DNA of 62,375 nt, filler included, from Choristocarpus tenellus KU-1152 (taxonomy: Eukaryota > Protista > Phaeophyceae): NCBI GenBank assembly GCA_964200185.2. It is 14 parts of 14 records of this genome, joined end to end, with 100 filler letters (N's around TTAATTAATTAA, not from the genome) between each part and the next. Parts side by side here need not be neighbours in the genome. Positions count along the whole stretch, not along the records: positions 47,695 to 55,850 come from CAXNAD020005067.1; positions 55,951 to 59,350 come from CAXNAD020020293.1; positions 59,451 to 62,375 come from CAXNAD020023610.1; 11 more parts are not named here. One strand, written 5' to 3'. Shown one piece after another: positions 49,234-62,375 of this stretch. Position 1 is the stretch's first letter, and each line of letters starts with the position of its first letter. The translations under genes and the position numbers were made by a program. The notes below the pieces were generated by a model that ran no database searches, was not told the DNA's origin, and saw nothing but the letters and a program-made list of their open reading frames with translations.

Positions 49234-51437
49234 AGTCTAGGGTAACCTGAGAAAGAACGTGTTTCAATAGGTTGACAACAATGATCCAATAAAGGAAAAT
49301 AAATAACAGGTGCAGTTCATTGAGTGTAACCCCTTTGTTTTTGCATTGTGTAGTGACAATAAATAGCTTATCCATACTTCCACAGTAGGAACACATTCAA
49401 ATTTTAATAATTCGTTTGTGTATAGTAACAGTTCTGGATCAATTGGGGTAGTAAGATCCATTTTATTTCTCCACATGTCCAAAACTGGACATGGTTTAGA
49501 TTAGTTCATGTGATCTACAGAGGGTTACGGATTCTGCGTCCCAGCAAAGACACAGCATCAAATCAGTTAGATGATTGCAGGTGGGGACCAGCGAATAGGG
49601 TGATATCACTATGTGTGGATATACTAGCTGTTGCACCTTGTATGTGATGGAGAGGATACCCCAGTACTACCATCCAATATGACTCCCTAGGCGCTATTGC
49701 ATAACATACAGCATATAGCCTCAGTCTTTTGTCTCCTACTCTTGCCTGCAAATCACCTATTCATGGATGTATATCGCCAACCTGAGTTGAGGGACGCCAT
49801 CGATTCTTTATCCCAAGCCTGGGGTTGATAGGCATCTCTCCAACAAGCTTAGGGTGATCCAATGTTTTGTCTGGGTACTCTCTCCTGTTCACCCTCAGCA
49901 TCAGTTCTTCTTCTGGTCCCACACTTGACACTTTGAACTGGGATATAAAAACGCGAGGAACTAGGTGGATATCACAGATTTACAAACCAGATATATTTCC
50001 AGGAGGTAGGATTGTAGCATTACCTGAGTCTTCCGGTTGAGGCAATGGCTACAACCAGCAATCATTTTCATGAACTCTGAATCCGTCACCTTTGTCCTAT
50101 TATTTGGAAAGCTGACTGCAAGGTGTTCAAACGATGATATTGGTATGCCATTACAGGGAAAGAAATTACTTTTTTCAGCCCCTACCGAATTATCAATCAT
50201 GTGTACAGGCAGTGTATGCACTATCATTAGTTAGGGCCACTCTCTATAGCCTAGATTTTGAAATGATATGAAGAGTGTACTTAAACGAGGACCTGCCCCT
50301 CCCTCTCAACCTCTCAGATATGTTCATTGTGGTACGTGTTTATGGTTAGGGTACATTGTCGACATACCTTCTCCACCTTAGGGACAGGCTTAGGGGCTTT
50401 GGGGGGTAGCACTTCAGCTCGGTAGTTGTACTGGTATGGTTTTCCTGGATCCAAATCATAGTTCGCTCGTGTTCGGGGCTCCACTAAACGTTCTGCTGAG
50501 AGGCTAACGCTTGACCTCCACCCTGGGGGTTTGCCCTTGAGGAGGATTTTACTCTCCTTCCACTGAAGTGGTATAAAAATTCAAGGGACAGGAACTCATG
50601 CGAAAGATTAAGAGCGTAGCAGAGCTGAACAAGGATAGCGCTCTTTGATCATTCAGAAATACAGGATAAACATGACAACATTAAAAGGTACAGTATTGGG
50701 CTCATTAAGCACAAAATTGGGAGGTATTCATCGCAAGTGTTTCTCACAAATTCGTTATGTAGAGCACTAAAGATTGCGTAGAAACATGACTCAGCACTGG
50801 AGACACAACTCATACATTTATTCGGAAGTGTGGATTTGTACAGGAGAAGGTTTGTAATGCAAGAGCCGACCTGATTGACCTCCTTCTTGCGCTCCCTGCG
50901 CTCAGCGGATATGTCATCTCTGTGGAAGACAGTCTGGCTACATCCGAACGTTTTGGGACCCTTCACACTACCAATCTGTGACATCGAATCAGGTGGGAGG
51001 TAGTAAGATGCGGGGTTGTTGTCTTCGCACAACTGTATACAACTCTCCATGTGAGACTTCTCGGCACAAACCTGAAACTTGGCCTTCAGAAAGGGGTGTA
51101 CACCTGATCCTAACGATAGTTGTGATGAAAATGAGCTCGAATGTAGTGATTTTGACGCTACCGACATAGCTCCGACACACACGGACAACAACGGACTGTC
51201 GTGGAGGCTTCAAGGCATAGAGCTCTATAGTCCAACTTTACAACATTTAGGGATTTTGTAACCGACGAAACTTTCATGAGTCAGAGGAGATCCACGATTT
51301 TACTGTCCTCGAAATGTGGTCGACATAACATGGTTTCTTGAATGCACTCATCGTAGGACTCGCTATCGCGATCATAACAAAGGACGAACTCAGGTCTTGA
51401 TAACGCAAATCAAGGAAACTGAACCGGAAACCTACAA

Positions 51438-54400
51438 GTGTACGTATCATCACAATGCGATACTGAGTGGCTCGGAGTTACCGAAATCGCCTCGACCAGC
51501 AGTAGAGGAATGAAGCCGGAGAACGTGAACGAGAGGGAGATACACCAAGAAAAGATCGAAGATGAAAGCTCAATGGCGAAGGAGGAGATAATACAGCACA
51601 TTACTCTGGAATCCTTCACGTTCCCCATTTCGAGTGTCCCGATGAGAGCACCATCTCCTGGAGTCGATGCCAACGGAAGCATGGACATACACCTTGGCCA
51701 CCCTGCTGGTCAGAAATGGCCTAAGTATCCAACTGAAGGCTCGGCCGACTTTGCACCCCAGCGACCGAGAACCACGGCACAACGGGGTCAAGTCCTCGAG
51801 GAATCTCCTCGCTTCTTGAGGAGCAAACATGCTCAGGACGAGGGAGTATCATGCGGCGGGTGTCGTACACAACAACGTCGCCCCCAAACCTGTGGCAATA
51901 TGGAAAGTGTCAAGGTTCCTCCAAATGTGAAGGGACTTGCCCGAATTACCAACGGTAAATTGCCGACAAAAGGGGTACTAGAATCAGGCTATACCAACGC
52001 CGAACTTCTCCTACGTCGGGCTAAGGCGAAGATGTTGAAGGCAGACTATAGGGTGAGGACAACAAGCTACGGTGTTCGGGAGTTGTGCCTTGGGTGAGTC
52101 TTCACTCTCCAAAGCGAGTTATAGAAATGTTAGAGGCCTATGTCTTCTTTGCTTTGTTGACGAATTCTCGAGGGCCCGTGTACTAGCCTTTGACTTCTGC
52201 GTAGTATTATGTCTGAACAATAACCTATCGCTTACCTGATAGACGATACATGTGGAATCCCTCCTAGCTTTGTGGCGAAAGAAGTACAAGCGCCTGGAAG
52301 ATGACATGTTCCGCAGTAAGCTTCAGCTTGCAGCGGGGCTGTCCAAGATCAAACATCAGCAACGACTACATGATGAGGAACTACACAACATGCGAGGAGA
52401 AGTAAGGGATATGCAGAAGGCCGTACGTGTGGCAGATGAGGCAAGAAGCAAAATTGTTACTGTGAAAGGAACCACCAACATATAAACTTGGTTATATAGA
52501 GCACATTCGGAGAAACTAGGAGGAACATGTTACGCGTGAAGCTTAGGTATGATCCAAGAGCTAAAGAATGTTTAGCCTTCATCCATAGCTGATCAGCATT
52601 AACGAAATCATTTTATTGTAGTTTAGGTGGTGGAAAGAATGACTGCTGATGCCAAGCAACAACGGTTGGAGGCTTCTCAGAGAGAGGCTACTCTGCGATT
52701 TCAAGCCACGTGTCTTGAGAAAGAGCTCAAAGAAAGGGTGGCGTATCACAGGCACGAGAAACTAGCCACATGGACCACTCTAGGGAGAGAAAGGGCGAGA
52801 GCTGCTGGACGGGCAAGGTCAGGCACATACTGATATGCTAATGTAGCAAACAGACCTGTAGAATCTAGTGTTTCATTTGCTTGGGTTAGTATTTCCTGGA
52901 TTTCTAATTAGTGGAAAAGTCAGTATGGTTGAACCAAAATGACTAGCATCCTCTATCAGCATGGGCCCGTGACGCCTCAACCACCACTCCTTATTTTGGC
53001 CATCACCCTCCACGATCCTACGTAAAAGGTATGGCATGACTGCCTTTGTACAGCGATATATAGTGCAAAATGAAGGCCTCCAGGCTGCATTGAGGGAGGC
53101 AGATGCTTGTATAGAAACTCTTCACAGGAGACTCCTTGACCCAAAGAATGGTGAAATGCCCGCTCAGAAAAAGAGTCAGCAAAGTCAGCAGGGGGTCAAG
53201 GATCAGTGTCAGACCATCCAGGTCGCCGGGTTAACCCAATTGGTTCAAGTGGAACCAACTCCTCCAGTTTGCGCACATGCTGCAATGGCTGAGTCAATCA
53301 CAAAGCCCACCAAAGCAGCATTGGCTGTGAAGCAACTCCAAGAACGGCTGGGGGGGCACCCTTCTCCTATGCACCTGAGGTGCAGTAAGGTGCAGAAGTT
53401 CCAAAATACGGTACATACGTCTGGGCAGTCACAGGTTTTGGTAGCTCATGCAAGGGAGCAAGAACTGGCTTTCTTGTTGGCAGCAACAGAAGATGAACGG
53501 GACACACTAGCCTCCTTGCTAGCACTCGCTGAGAGGAAAATGGAAAGTATGGCAGCAAAGCAGGAGGAATTTCAGCTTGCTCTGGCATGGAAAGCTGCTG
53601 CTTTGCAGTCAAACCAGTGGGGACTGCAGCAGGGGAAGGGGAAGGGGGGAAAGTGCTCCCCTACTAAAGGGGCACAGCTGTGCTCCAACTGCAACGCAAT
53701 GATTGGTGAGAGAAACAACAGTACAACCGATGAGGCACCACACGTGGTTGGAGGTCTAGAGATGACGTCTGTCAGGGGGTTGGAGGTGGAAAATCTAGGC
53801 CTAAGAAGACATGCCCACAATATGGAAGTTCTTCTTGGAATCGCCGAGGGAGAGGTGAGAGCTCTAGCAATGCTCCCTGGCCCTGAGGTTTGCCTTACAT
53901 CCTCAGCGATAGACAAGGATGCAATTGAGGGGTCCTTGACTTCTAATACTGTGGCCAATGTCATGCTCAACAAGAGTGAGGGAGATGTACCATGCACCAG
54001 AAATAACAGTGCACTATCTGTGCAGGGGAACAAGGCTACATCAGACACCATATGCCCATTGGCAGACCAAGAAGAGGGTCCAACGGTGGATTACAGACTG
54101 GATAACCAAGGATCCATGGTCTCCTCATTCTGGAGGAAAACTGTTTTGGACAACGTCACATGTTCAGACCTAAATGTGGGGGCACCCTCTGCGGGGGAGG
54201 ATACACATCTTCTACAGCAACTGATATGGGTGCTAGGACTGCCTGAGGATGTTGCTATGCGTCCTCACGAAGTTCTGGCTGAGGTAATGCACATGGTTGT
54301 GGAAAGGGGAAAAACTCGGACAGATGCGCAGACACTCAATTCTCAGCTTGCTGAGATGGATGTTTCTCTTCCTCCATTGGGTGAACTTTCAAGGGCAATA

Positions 54401-55792
54401 GCAGCTCGAGATAAATCAAGGAATAGCTTTGACACCATGCCATCTGACCAGTACCTATCTTCCTGCTACCCTGGCACGATTTGCAATGATGTTGATGATG
54501 AGGACAAGGCATCCATGGCAAAAAAGTCTTTGTCCGGAAAGGAAATCACTGCCATAAGCCCTGAAAGAGTGACTGCTGGCAGCAAATCAAACATATCTAA
54601 GATGTTGGAGGATAGACACAGACTGGAAAAAAGATGGAAGCAAGCGCCTGGATCAAGAAACTTGCGACATAAGAGTGAGGGGGGACAGTTGAACCTTGCT
54701 ATGTGGGCTAGGGGGGCGAATTCGCCCCAATCAGGCAAGAAAGTGAAACCCAGCACAGAGATAGACAAGCCTTCAGTGAAGGTCAGGGTGGATCCAAGAA
54801 ACTTTTTTTCCGCAGATGGCAAGCTGATTGTAAGAGATGCTTGTTTGTCTCCTCCTATGCGAACCCCCAAAGGAAAGGAGGGGACCAGCACAGCCATCGG
54901 CAATATGGCCAAAGGAAAGGAGGGGACCAGCACAGCCATCGGCAATATGGCCGTCAAGTCAAGTTTGATGAGTCAGGATCTCGAGGGCGATGTTCCACTG
55001 GGTGAAACAGATGTAGCATGGAGACGGGGGGAATTCATTAACAAGTCCGGGGAAGAAACACGAGAGGGATTCAATGACATTGCTGACAGGGCAGTGTTGC
55101 CAACAGCAAGGTTTACAAGAACACTCCGTGGGAGCATGGTGTCAATTGAAATGCATCTCATTCAGGTGAAAGGTCGTACGAAAAAAAAGAAAGTTTGAGT
55201 CAGATCAAGTGTTGCTTGACATCTCTGCACCTCCTGTAGGCTATACTATGGAACCCCCACATGAGTAAAGAGTGTGTATCAGTGTCCCTCCTGAGACACA
55301 CGTCAAATTTCTCTTTGACTGTACTCCTTCCGATCCACCTCTTTATGCATCACCCCAACTAAGTTAAACCAAACCCCACTGTCTCCTGCAGTGGAAAGTA
55401 CCTATTGGCACCCAACAAGAGCAGGAATCCCTTCGCTCACCCCCAGAAAAATACATCAACTGACGATTACCCACCCTAATCAGACACTGGAATCCAGACA
55501 AGTTACCAACAGTTTAACAAACAGACTGTCCAATATCCACTGCTTCCATTTCTTTTTGCTCCCTCTCTCAATTGCTTTGTCACATGTATATTTGTGTGCG
55601 TGCGCGCGCACGCGCGCACGCGTGTGTGTATTTTCTGTGTTCCGTCATATTCTGAAGGAGGGGGGCCACCACAATTCCGGATTACATGTGGAAGCTTACG
55701 AACCAAGGACCATGACTCGCCACGCCCTTGTTGTGACAGAAGAGGACATGAAGAGATGCTTCACTTCCCAACCGCACCTCTACACACTTCTG
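51438..55792 (+). CDS. Large multi-exon coiled-coil protein of unknown function (exons ~51438-52052, 52243-~52422, 52627-52817, ~53029-55165, ~55659-55792)
   Basis: 720-aa open exon, heptad-rich segments, GT-AG boundaries; start and end not defined. Confidence 0.75.
54868..54952 (+). repeat. In-frame exact 42-bp tandem duplication (KGKEGTSTAIGNMA x2)
   Basis: CCAAAGGAAAGGAGGGGACCAGCACAGCCATCGGCAATATGG twice. Confidence 0.95.
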
Positions 55793-56431
55793 TGAGGACT
55801 GTTTTTTTTTTTTAAACACTGGGGTTCGAAGTAGGCAATTGCATTACGACNNNNNNNNNNNNNNNNNNNNNNNNNNNNNNNNNNNNNNNNNNNNTTAATT
55901 AATTAANNNNNNNNNNNNNNNNNNNNNNNNNNNNNNNNNNNNNNNNNNNNATGTATTTGCAACGCAAGTCAACAGGAAGGGGCGGAGGGGGGGAGGAAGT
56001 TCGCTCCCCTTCCCCCTCTTTCTGTACGTTTATGTGCATACATATATATGTGTGTTTATGTTTATTATGACTTTGTTATTGATTATGATAAATATGAGAT
56101 GGGTTGTAGAGTATGTGGTGTAAATAATGCACCTATTTTCGATTTTTGGGAACAAGGAAGTTTGGTAATGGGTTTGTATTTGTGGATGGAAAGAGACATG
56201 TTGACTGCTGAAGAGGACACAAGCACCTTCAAACACCACCCCCAAGGACCCTCCTCCATTCCTACTGTGTATGTCCTACCACACTTCCTGTTCCTCCTAT
56301 CATCAAGGCTTAGTTTTGAATGTTTGGTCGATAGCATACATATTGAGTGTATTGCATACAGGCTCTTCTCATGCCCTCATACTCTCCTTCTTGCTTCTTC
56401 CCTGTTGTTGGTGCTGCGACTGAGTTAACAG

Positions 56432-57385
56432 CCCTATGTCACGGAGGCGTCCCTGAGTGCTTCCAACTATCCCCATCTGGCTCTTGTGAACCAAACGGGA
56501 TTTGACCCTGAGGCTGCGGCATGTGATGGAGCAAGGTTAGAGTTTTTGCTTTGCCTGTCTTTTGCTTAGGGGGAGGGTTGGTTCGTTGGTCCATTGGGGG
56601 CACTTACATTTTTGTGTGTGTGTCCTATATGTCCATCCTTTGAAAGTATATCTGTTACAAAGACACACAAGATGTGAGATCATACATAATAGTGGGTATG
56701 AACTGTGGTGAAGACAGTGCATCCTCATTCTTGCTCTCTAACCTTTGATTTAGAAACATGTTTTCAACTGGCTCTTGCCATACACCTTCCTCATATTTTT
56801 TTTACAAAATTCAAGTATTCTGCTATTGGATGTCTTTCATATCTCTCCTCCACTGTATCAATGTAGTTTCACAGATATCCCTTGCTACCACCTCCCACCT
56901 GCTATTCATACCATACCCCAAGAAAGTTTTTTCATGGTTTTTATGATAATTTAAAATAGGGTTTCAGTTTAGTAGACTCTACAGTATGACCAAGAGAAAG
57001 CTGTTAACACTGCATGTGGAATTACTTGTACCACTCGAGGGTAAATTTACAGTGTCATACCTCCCTACCAAGAAACAGGAAATTTCTGTATCAGTCAGCG
57101 GCCCGCCGGGCTATATGCTCGCTTGCTTCTATTTGAAGGGTCTGTACTTATAATGCATATTTTTCTGTTACTGTAACAGGTTTTTTGTTGTGAAGGCGTT
57201 TACGGAGGATGACATTCATCGGTCTATCAAAAGTGGCATGTGGTGCAGTGGCGAGAGCAGTAATAGACGTCTCGATGCTATCTGGAGAGAGGGTCTGCAA
57301 AGGTCAACTGGTGGTGAGGTTGCTGCCCCTTCTTCTGGTGGGGCTTCTAAGTCCAATAACAAGACGAAGGTGGCGACAGCTGCCT

Positions 57386-57416
<31 letters not shown>

Positions 57417-59257
57417 TTCTGACTCCACTGCATCTGCCCGGAAGAAGGGGGGGAAGGGCAAAGCAGAGGGGGGGGCTGGAGTGTTGGAGACTGTTTCAAA
57501 GGCAGAGGTGAAGGGTTCGGAATGGAATCAGACTAAAGGCAGTGTGGTTGTGGATGCTGGGGTGGGGGCACAGGCAGGGGCTGTTGTTGGTGGTGATCCT
57601 GCTGTGGTTGTGAGCCGATGCAAGGAGGGAGATAAGAAGGTGCAGGGGGAGGGAGCTGGGGGAGCGGGAAGAACTACGAATGTTGAGGTTGACACAGATA
57701 AGCAGGTGGGAGGTGATTGGAAGTAGACGGGTGCTGTCTGTAGGGTGGAATGTGGGGGGCTAACCTGAGGGGGTCAGAATATGGAGGTTTTGAATTATGG
57801 CCTTACAATAGATTAATTTTGATTTGGAGATGTGCTGCTATTGTGTGGTGACCCTACGTGGGCAAAGGGTGTTGCTTAGTTGTGTGCTGCCACAATGTGG
57901 AGACCCCACGTGTAGAAGGAATGTGGAAGAGTCAGAAAAAGAGATTTGTGTGCTTTTAATTGCTTTGGTGACAGGTGCTGGCTGGAGTTACTAAGAAACC
58001 TTTTGGGCGTAATGTGCATGTTGTGCTTATTTTCAGTATCTTGTGTGTTGCATGACAAGTGAACCTCTCTTTGCTGTACAGTTACATGGATTTAATGTGT
58101 TGAGGCTGCTTTTTTTAGTATGGTGCAAGGTTCATAGTTGCCTTCCTATGTTTTGATGTGCTTTGTCTGTGGTGAACAAGCTGTTTTTATTCAACTCTTT
58201 CTGCTCCTGTTGACCTGACACATTTTTGGGCGATAGATTCAGCAGGATATTAATGGTATGATTCGAGTGTAGCTTTTCCCTCTAGGTATTAGTCCTTGGC
58301 TACAATTTTCCTCTTCAGTGGTGCTTAGTCAAACATGATGTCAGTTACATTTTGCCTTGTTTGGTTGAAGAATTGATTTACAGTCCTCACTAAAGAGAAC
58401 AAAACAAATGTACACATATTACGTAGTCATTTCATGTTCTGTCCGGGAAAGATAGTGTACGCATATTTTGTTCGCGTTGTGTCCAACACTTCAAGGTTCA
58501 GAAGAAGAACAAAGATATGAGAGAAGTGAACTGTCTATTTGTGCACCAGTAGCAGTAATTATACCTTTTTTTGTCAGGGTAACTTAAAGTAGTGCTTTCA
58601 GTGTACACTGTGCAAGAACTTCAAAAAATGCCTTCCTTGCCCTTACCACTTCCCTCTCTGTTGCCCCTCTTCCCTTATTCATCTCGATGCCTTCGACTTC
58701 ACAACTGGACCCCTTCTTCCAAGGCTGTGGGTGCCACTAATGCTACTGGTGCTAGCATCAAAGACACGTCACTCTCCACGGAGACTCAAGGTGGAGATAC
58801 AAGGGGAAGTACCAATGAGGTGTCTAAATCAAAAGTTGGAGTGGCAAAGACTGCCTGCTCGGGAAAGGGTAACAGTGTGGACGCAGATGCCACTGCGGCA
58901 CCAAGGGGAGACACAAAGGGAGTCAAAGTCAAGGAGACCGTTGTTGAGAAGACAACAGACAAGGTGGGTGGCAAGGTTGCCACCTCTGGTGAGTCTGCTG
59001 GTACAGTAGCAGCCGCTGCCTGTAAGGAGGAGGGGCAGGGGAAAGGTGAAGTCTCCAAGGAAGGTGCTACAGCCATGGAGGACAAGCGCCCTCGGGTTAC
59101 TGTAGGAGATGGGGCAGGGGGGGAAGCGGTGTCAGCTAGTGCTGCAAAGGGAAATGGCATGGGGAAGAGTCCTTTGTTCTTGTTTTTCTCAGTGAATGCA
59201 TCTGGGCAGTTTTGTGGTGCTGCACAGATGACAGGTCCCTTGGATCACAGCAAGAAG
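56432..59257 (+). CDS. YTH-domain (m6A reader-like) protein; exons 56432-56535, 57180-57705, 58724-59257 (partial)
   Basis: ARFFVVKAFTEDDIHRSIKSGMWCS..NRRLDAIW and PLFLFFSVNASGQFCGAAQM; phase-consistent introns. Confidence 0.92.
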
Positions 59258-59265
59258 GTGTGTGT

Positions 59266-59297
<32 letters not shown>

Positions 59298-59450
59298 GTT
59301 TTTGGTTTTTTTTTTTTTTTTTTTTTTTTTGTTTTGTGTGTTTTTTGTTTNNNNNNNNNNNNNNNNNNNNNNNNNNNNNNNNNNNNNNNNNNNNTTAATT
59401 AATTAANNNNNNNNNNNNNNNNNNNNNNNNNNNNNNNNNNNNNNNNNNNN

Positions 59451-60560
59451 AGGCTGGGGACCAAGCCCCTGCTGGCTCCTTGTGCCTTGAGCTGCACCCA
59501 GACGGCTTGTTCCTCCCCCTAAACTTGAGGGTTGCTGCCTGGCACACTCGGGTTGTTGTCTTTGCCCTGACCCAGATCCCCTCCCAGGATCTGTACCTGT
59601 ACCACTTTGCTGTGGGTGCCCCTGCTGCTGATACTGCTGCTCCTTCCAGACTTCAACCAGCAAGCTCCGGTATTGAGCATGATTATGCCCAACTTTCCCA
59701 CATGCATCACAAGTCCATTTCAACTTGTCCTTCCCTCACACTCAATTCTGCACTAGGTGTGCCTCCCTTTGGCTTGCCTATCTTCTCCCCAAACTTTGGC
59801 TTTCACTCGTGGTGTTTGCCACCAGGTTCACCTTGCTTGGTTTGTTTCTTTTCGTATGCCTGGAACCTCTCATACGTCCTCCATTTTTCATCTTGCTCCT
59901 TTACCAGCTCAAACATCTGGTTTGGATCCTTTTCTACCTCTGGGCCCATGCTACATGCTTTGAAATTTCTGTCTTAAGCGCAGAGGGGTTAAGCCCTGCA
60001 ATAAAGGCCTCGGAGAGTAACTTCCCCAGCCCTGCCTTCCAAACCTCTCCTACTTCTCCTGCATTCCGGCGGAAAGTGCCATCCATATTCTTATCTTCGA
60101 AATAGCCCTCCTTGTCCTAGATCACTCCGATGACCCGATCAGTGGCGAACCCTTCATTTCCCATCCGGGCCACTCTCTGCATATCCCTTTGATTTGCCCC
60201 ATGTCGAAGGCTCGGTCTTCGTCATCGACTTGCACCACCATCTGGAGTGCTTTTAGGAGTTGCTCCTCCGTTGCTGCAGCCCAATTGATTTTGACTTTGC
60301 CCCTCACCAGTGCTCATCTCTGAGAAATGGTTAGGGACTCGGACAGCGTCACAAGTGCAATTTGCACACCTCCTTTTGAGTGCTTCACCCTAACGCTCAT
60401 CTCATATTCCTATCGAGCCGTCAGAAACTACCTCACCTTCTTCTCTGCCAGTCTCTCAATCTGTGGAGGTTGAATATGTTGCGCAATCTGCAGCTTAGAC
60501 CAATCGGTCTCACGCAAGCCCCCCCAGGCTGTGCCAGGTCCATCTCCGTCGTTCCTCGAC
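59451..60560 (-). pseudogene. Degenerate LTR-retrotransposon gag (probably Ty3/Gypsy)
   Basis: Zinc-knuckle relic CDACGKVGHNHAQY; FIAGLNPSALKTEI; lies downstream of the LTR on the minus strand. Confidence 0.72.
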
Positions 60561-60753
60561 ATGTTGGAGCCCTTCAATCTAGTTGTTCTGCTGGTTCCTG
60601 CCGGGTTGTGTGCACTCCAAGCTCCTGCAAGCCCCCCGGATTATGTGTTGACCTTCCCCACCCAATTCTAGCTCCACTTGATCCTATGGTCAGGTCTCGA
60701 GAATTCAATCGAAATATAGGTAGTTCAACCACAGGAACTGATCTATGACGACT

Positions 60754-61335
60754 TGTAAGGACTCTACCCCACTTTGGGGCTTACAGCTCAATTATTTGTT
60801 TAAGGAGTGAGCATGGTTTCTGCGAAGGAGGACATGTGGTTCAAACACCAAATAATACAAACACCTCAGATACATTATGAACACCCTCCACGGTGTGTCT
60901 GTCTACATGCGTGTGTTACATACATCACTCATCACTCGAGAATCCCCAACACAAATTGGTGTGAGTAACACTGTTATGGGGCTTGGTTCTGTATGATGGG
61001 GGATGATGAGAATAATCAGAGACGAGGTTCAGAAAGGAAGTGAAAGATGAGACCGAGGCATGCTGGGTGTATGTTGGCAGCCTCAGAGTGCTGTGGATCA
61101 ATCTCCATTGTGATTGTTTACGACCAGTGACAACAGACAACACAATCTCGACTTTTGCTGTTTGAATCCACCTTTCATCTTAGGGGTATGGGGAGCTGGT
61201 CGTGTGTCTACCCAAACCACATCACATCACTTACAGTAACCACAAAAAGGTGGTGTGTGGAAATGGATATGACTAAATGGATATGACTGCGCGCATTCAT
61301 TATCCTCATCAGTTTGAGAAGGTCTGTCCCTTACA
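60754..61335 (-). mobile_element. 5' LTR (~582 bp) of the gag-bearing element
   Basis: Perfect inverted termini TGTAAGG...CCTTACA; another TGTAAGG start at 62333. Confidence 0.7.
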
Positions 61336-62375
61336 AATGTGTGTATGTATCTGTAAGAAGTTTTAGTCTAGTAGCGTGGATGTGAAATATATTGAATATT
61401 CTTCACACAATACAACAAACAATATCATAACCACATCAGATTGAGTCAATTCAAGCAAATAAATCTCATATGATTGCTAGAATGCCTGGGAATCTGTAGA
61501 AAATATTTCCGAATTCCGAAATTTGTATTCCTTCCGCTTCATTACCTACTATTGAAGAATATGATGAGAATATAGTATTGGTATATAAGAGAGATTTGAC
61601 TTCGGAACTCGACCAATAAAATGATCATGTTTGGAATTTTCCCTCAGTGTCCAGGATTCAGGATTCGGTCATTGCAAGTTCGACGTGCGAGTTGAACAGA
61701 TAAGAGAACAATTAGCCTTGGGTGTAGGGTGTTGTTTCACAAACCCACGACCTTCACTCGCAGAGTTCAACTAACACAAAGAAGGAACCAAAAATGCATA
61801 TAGAGGCTCCATCAGGAGATCCTGGATAGGGAGCGAGGTGGGTACAACGATCACCACTCTCAACCAACATGCCTATGCATTTTGCTTTCGGGTCTTACCC
61901 TAGTGGGTCGGCTCGACAACGATCAACCATCGCCGTCGGCATATTGTTGAATGTACATAGAAGTTGCATGAGACCTCGTGTTGGCAGCCAAGATCGTGTA
62001 GGAGGGGGCCCCAATACCTTGACCCTATTCCTCACAAATCCCCGACTCCATTCTATATAATCATTTGTAGTGTCGGGAGATGTATGGTCTCGTGTGTTGT
62101 TCTCTGTTGGGCTCGGCCTAATCGCAAGCATTGTTTGTTCAGCATTCCATATCAAACTGCGAGAGTTATTGGGTTGAATATTCTATGTCGTAATAAGACG
62201 TGCGCAGGATGGCAACGAACAACAAACGCCGCAAGACGCCGCTGCAGCTGATTGGGAGCTGAAAAAGCATGCATCAGACCTCATTCATTGGAGCCCCACA
62301 CCTATGTTTCGTTTCAAAGTATATATATATATTGTAAGGTTGGTAGGACGAGTATTGTGCGTGAAACCAAACACC

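Noticed and set aside
29787-59257. Functional cluster of DAK, sulfotransferase, delta-COP and YTH genes
   Set aside because: Each lies on a separate contig, so adjacency is meaningless

Overview
Eukaryotic, intron-containing, transposon-dense DNA, most consistent with a stramenopile such as a brown alga (inferred from gene content; not provable here). It is not one locus: 14 short contigs are joined by artificial N44-TTAATTAATTAA-N44 linkers. Host gene pieces: dihydroxyacetone/triokinase C-terminus, a membrane-anchored sulfotransferase-fold protein, coatomer delta, a large coiled-coil protein, a YTH-domain protein whose domain is split by a ~285-aa low-complexity insert, a Spondin_N pseudogene and an atypical intron-less tRNA-Ile(UAU). 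The rest is a TE graveyard: Copia and Gypsy remnants, solo-LTR-like repeats, DD39D-type and Tc1-like transposases, and a two-ORF Harbinger. The most striking structure is a set of three MITE families (A, ~18 copies; B, ~13; C, 3) with largely different interiors and a shared terminal core (GRNYSAAAGTA). A and B also share a subterminal GTCCATTTGGG motif. They nest into each other and mostly leave non-TWA 3-bp TSDs, two of them confirmed by empty paralogous sites in the window. I see no unambiguous new multi-gene system. The best candidates for novelty are this MITE system, the split YTH reader and the odd tRNA.
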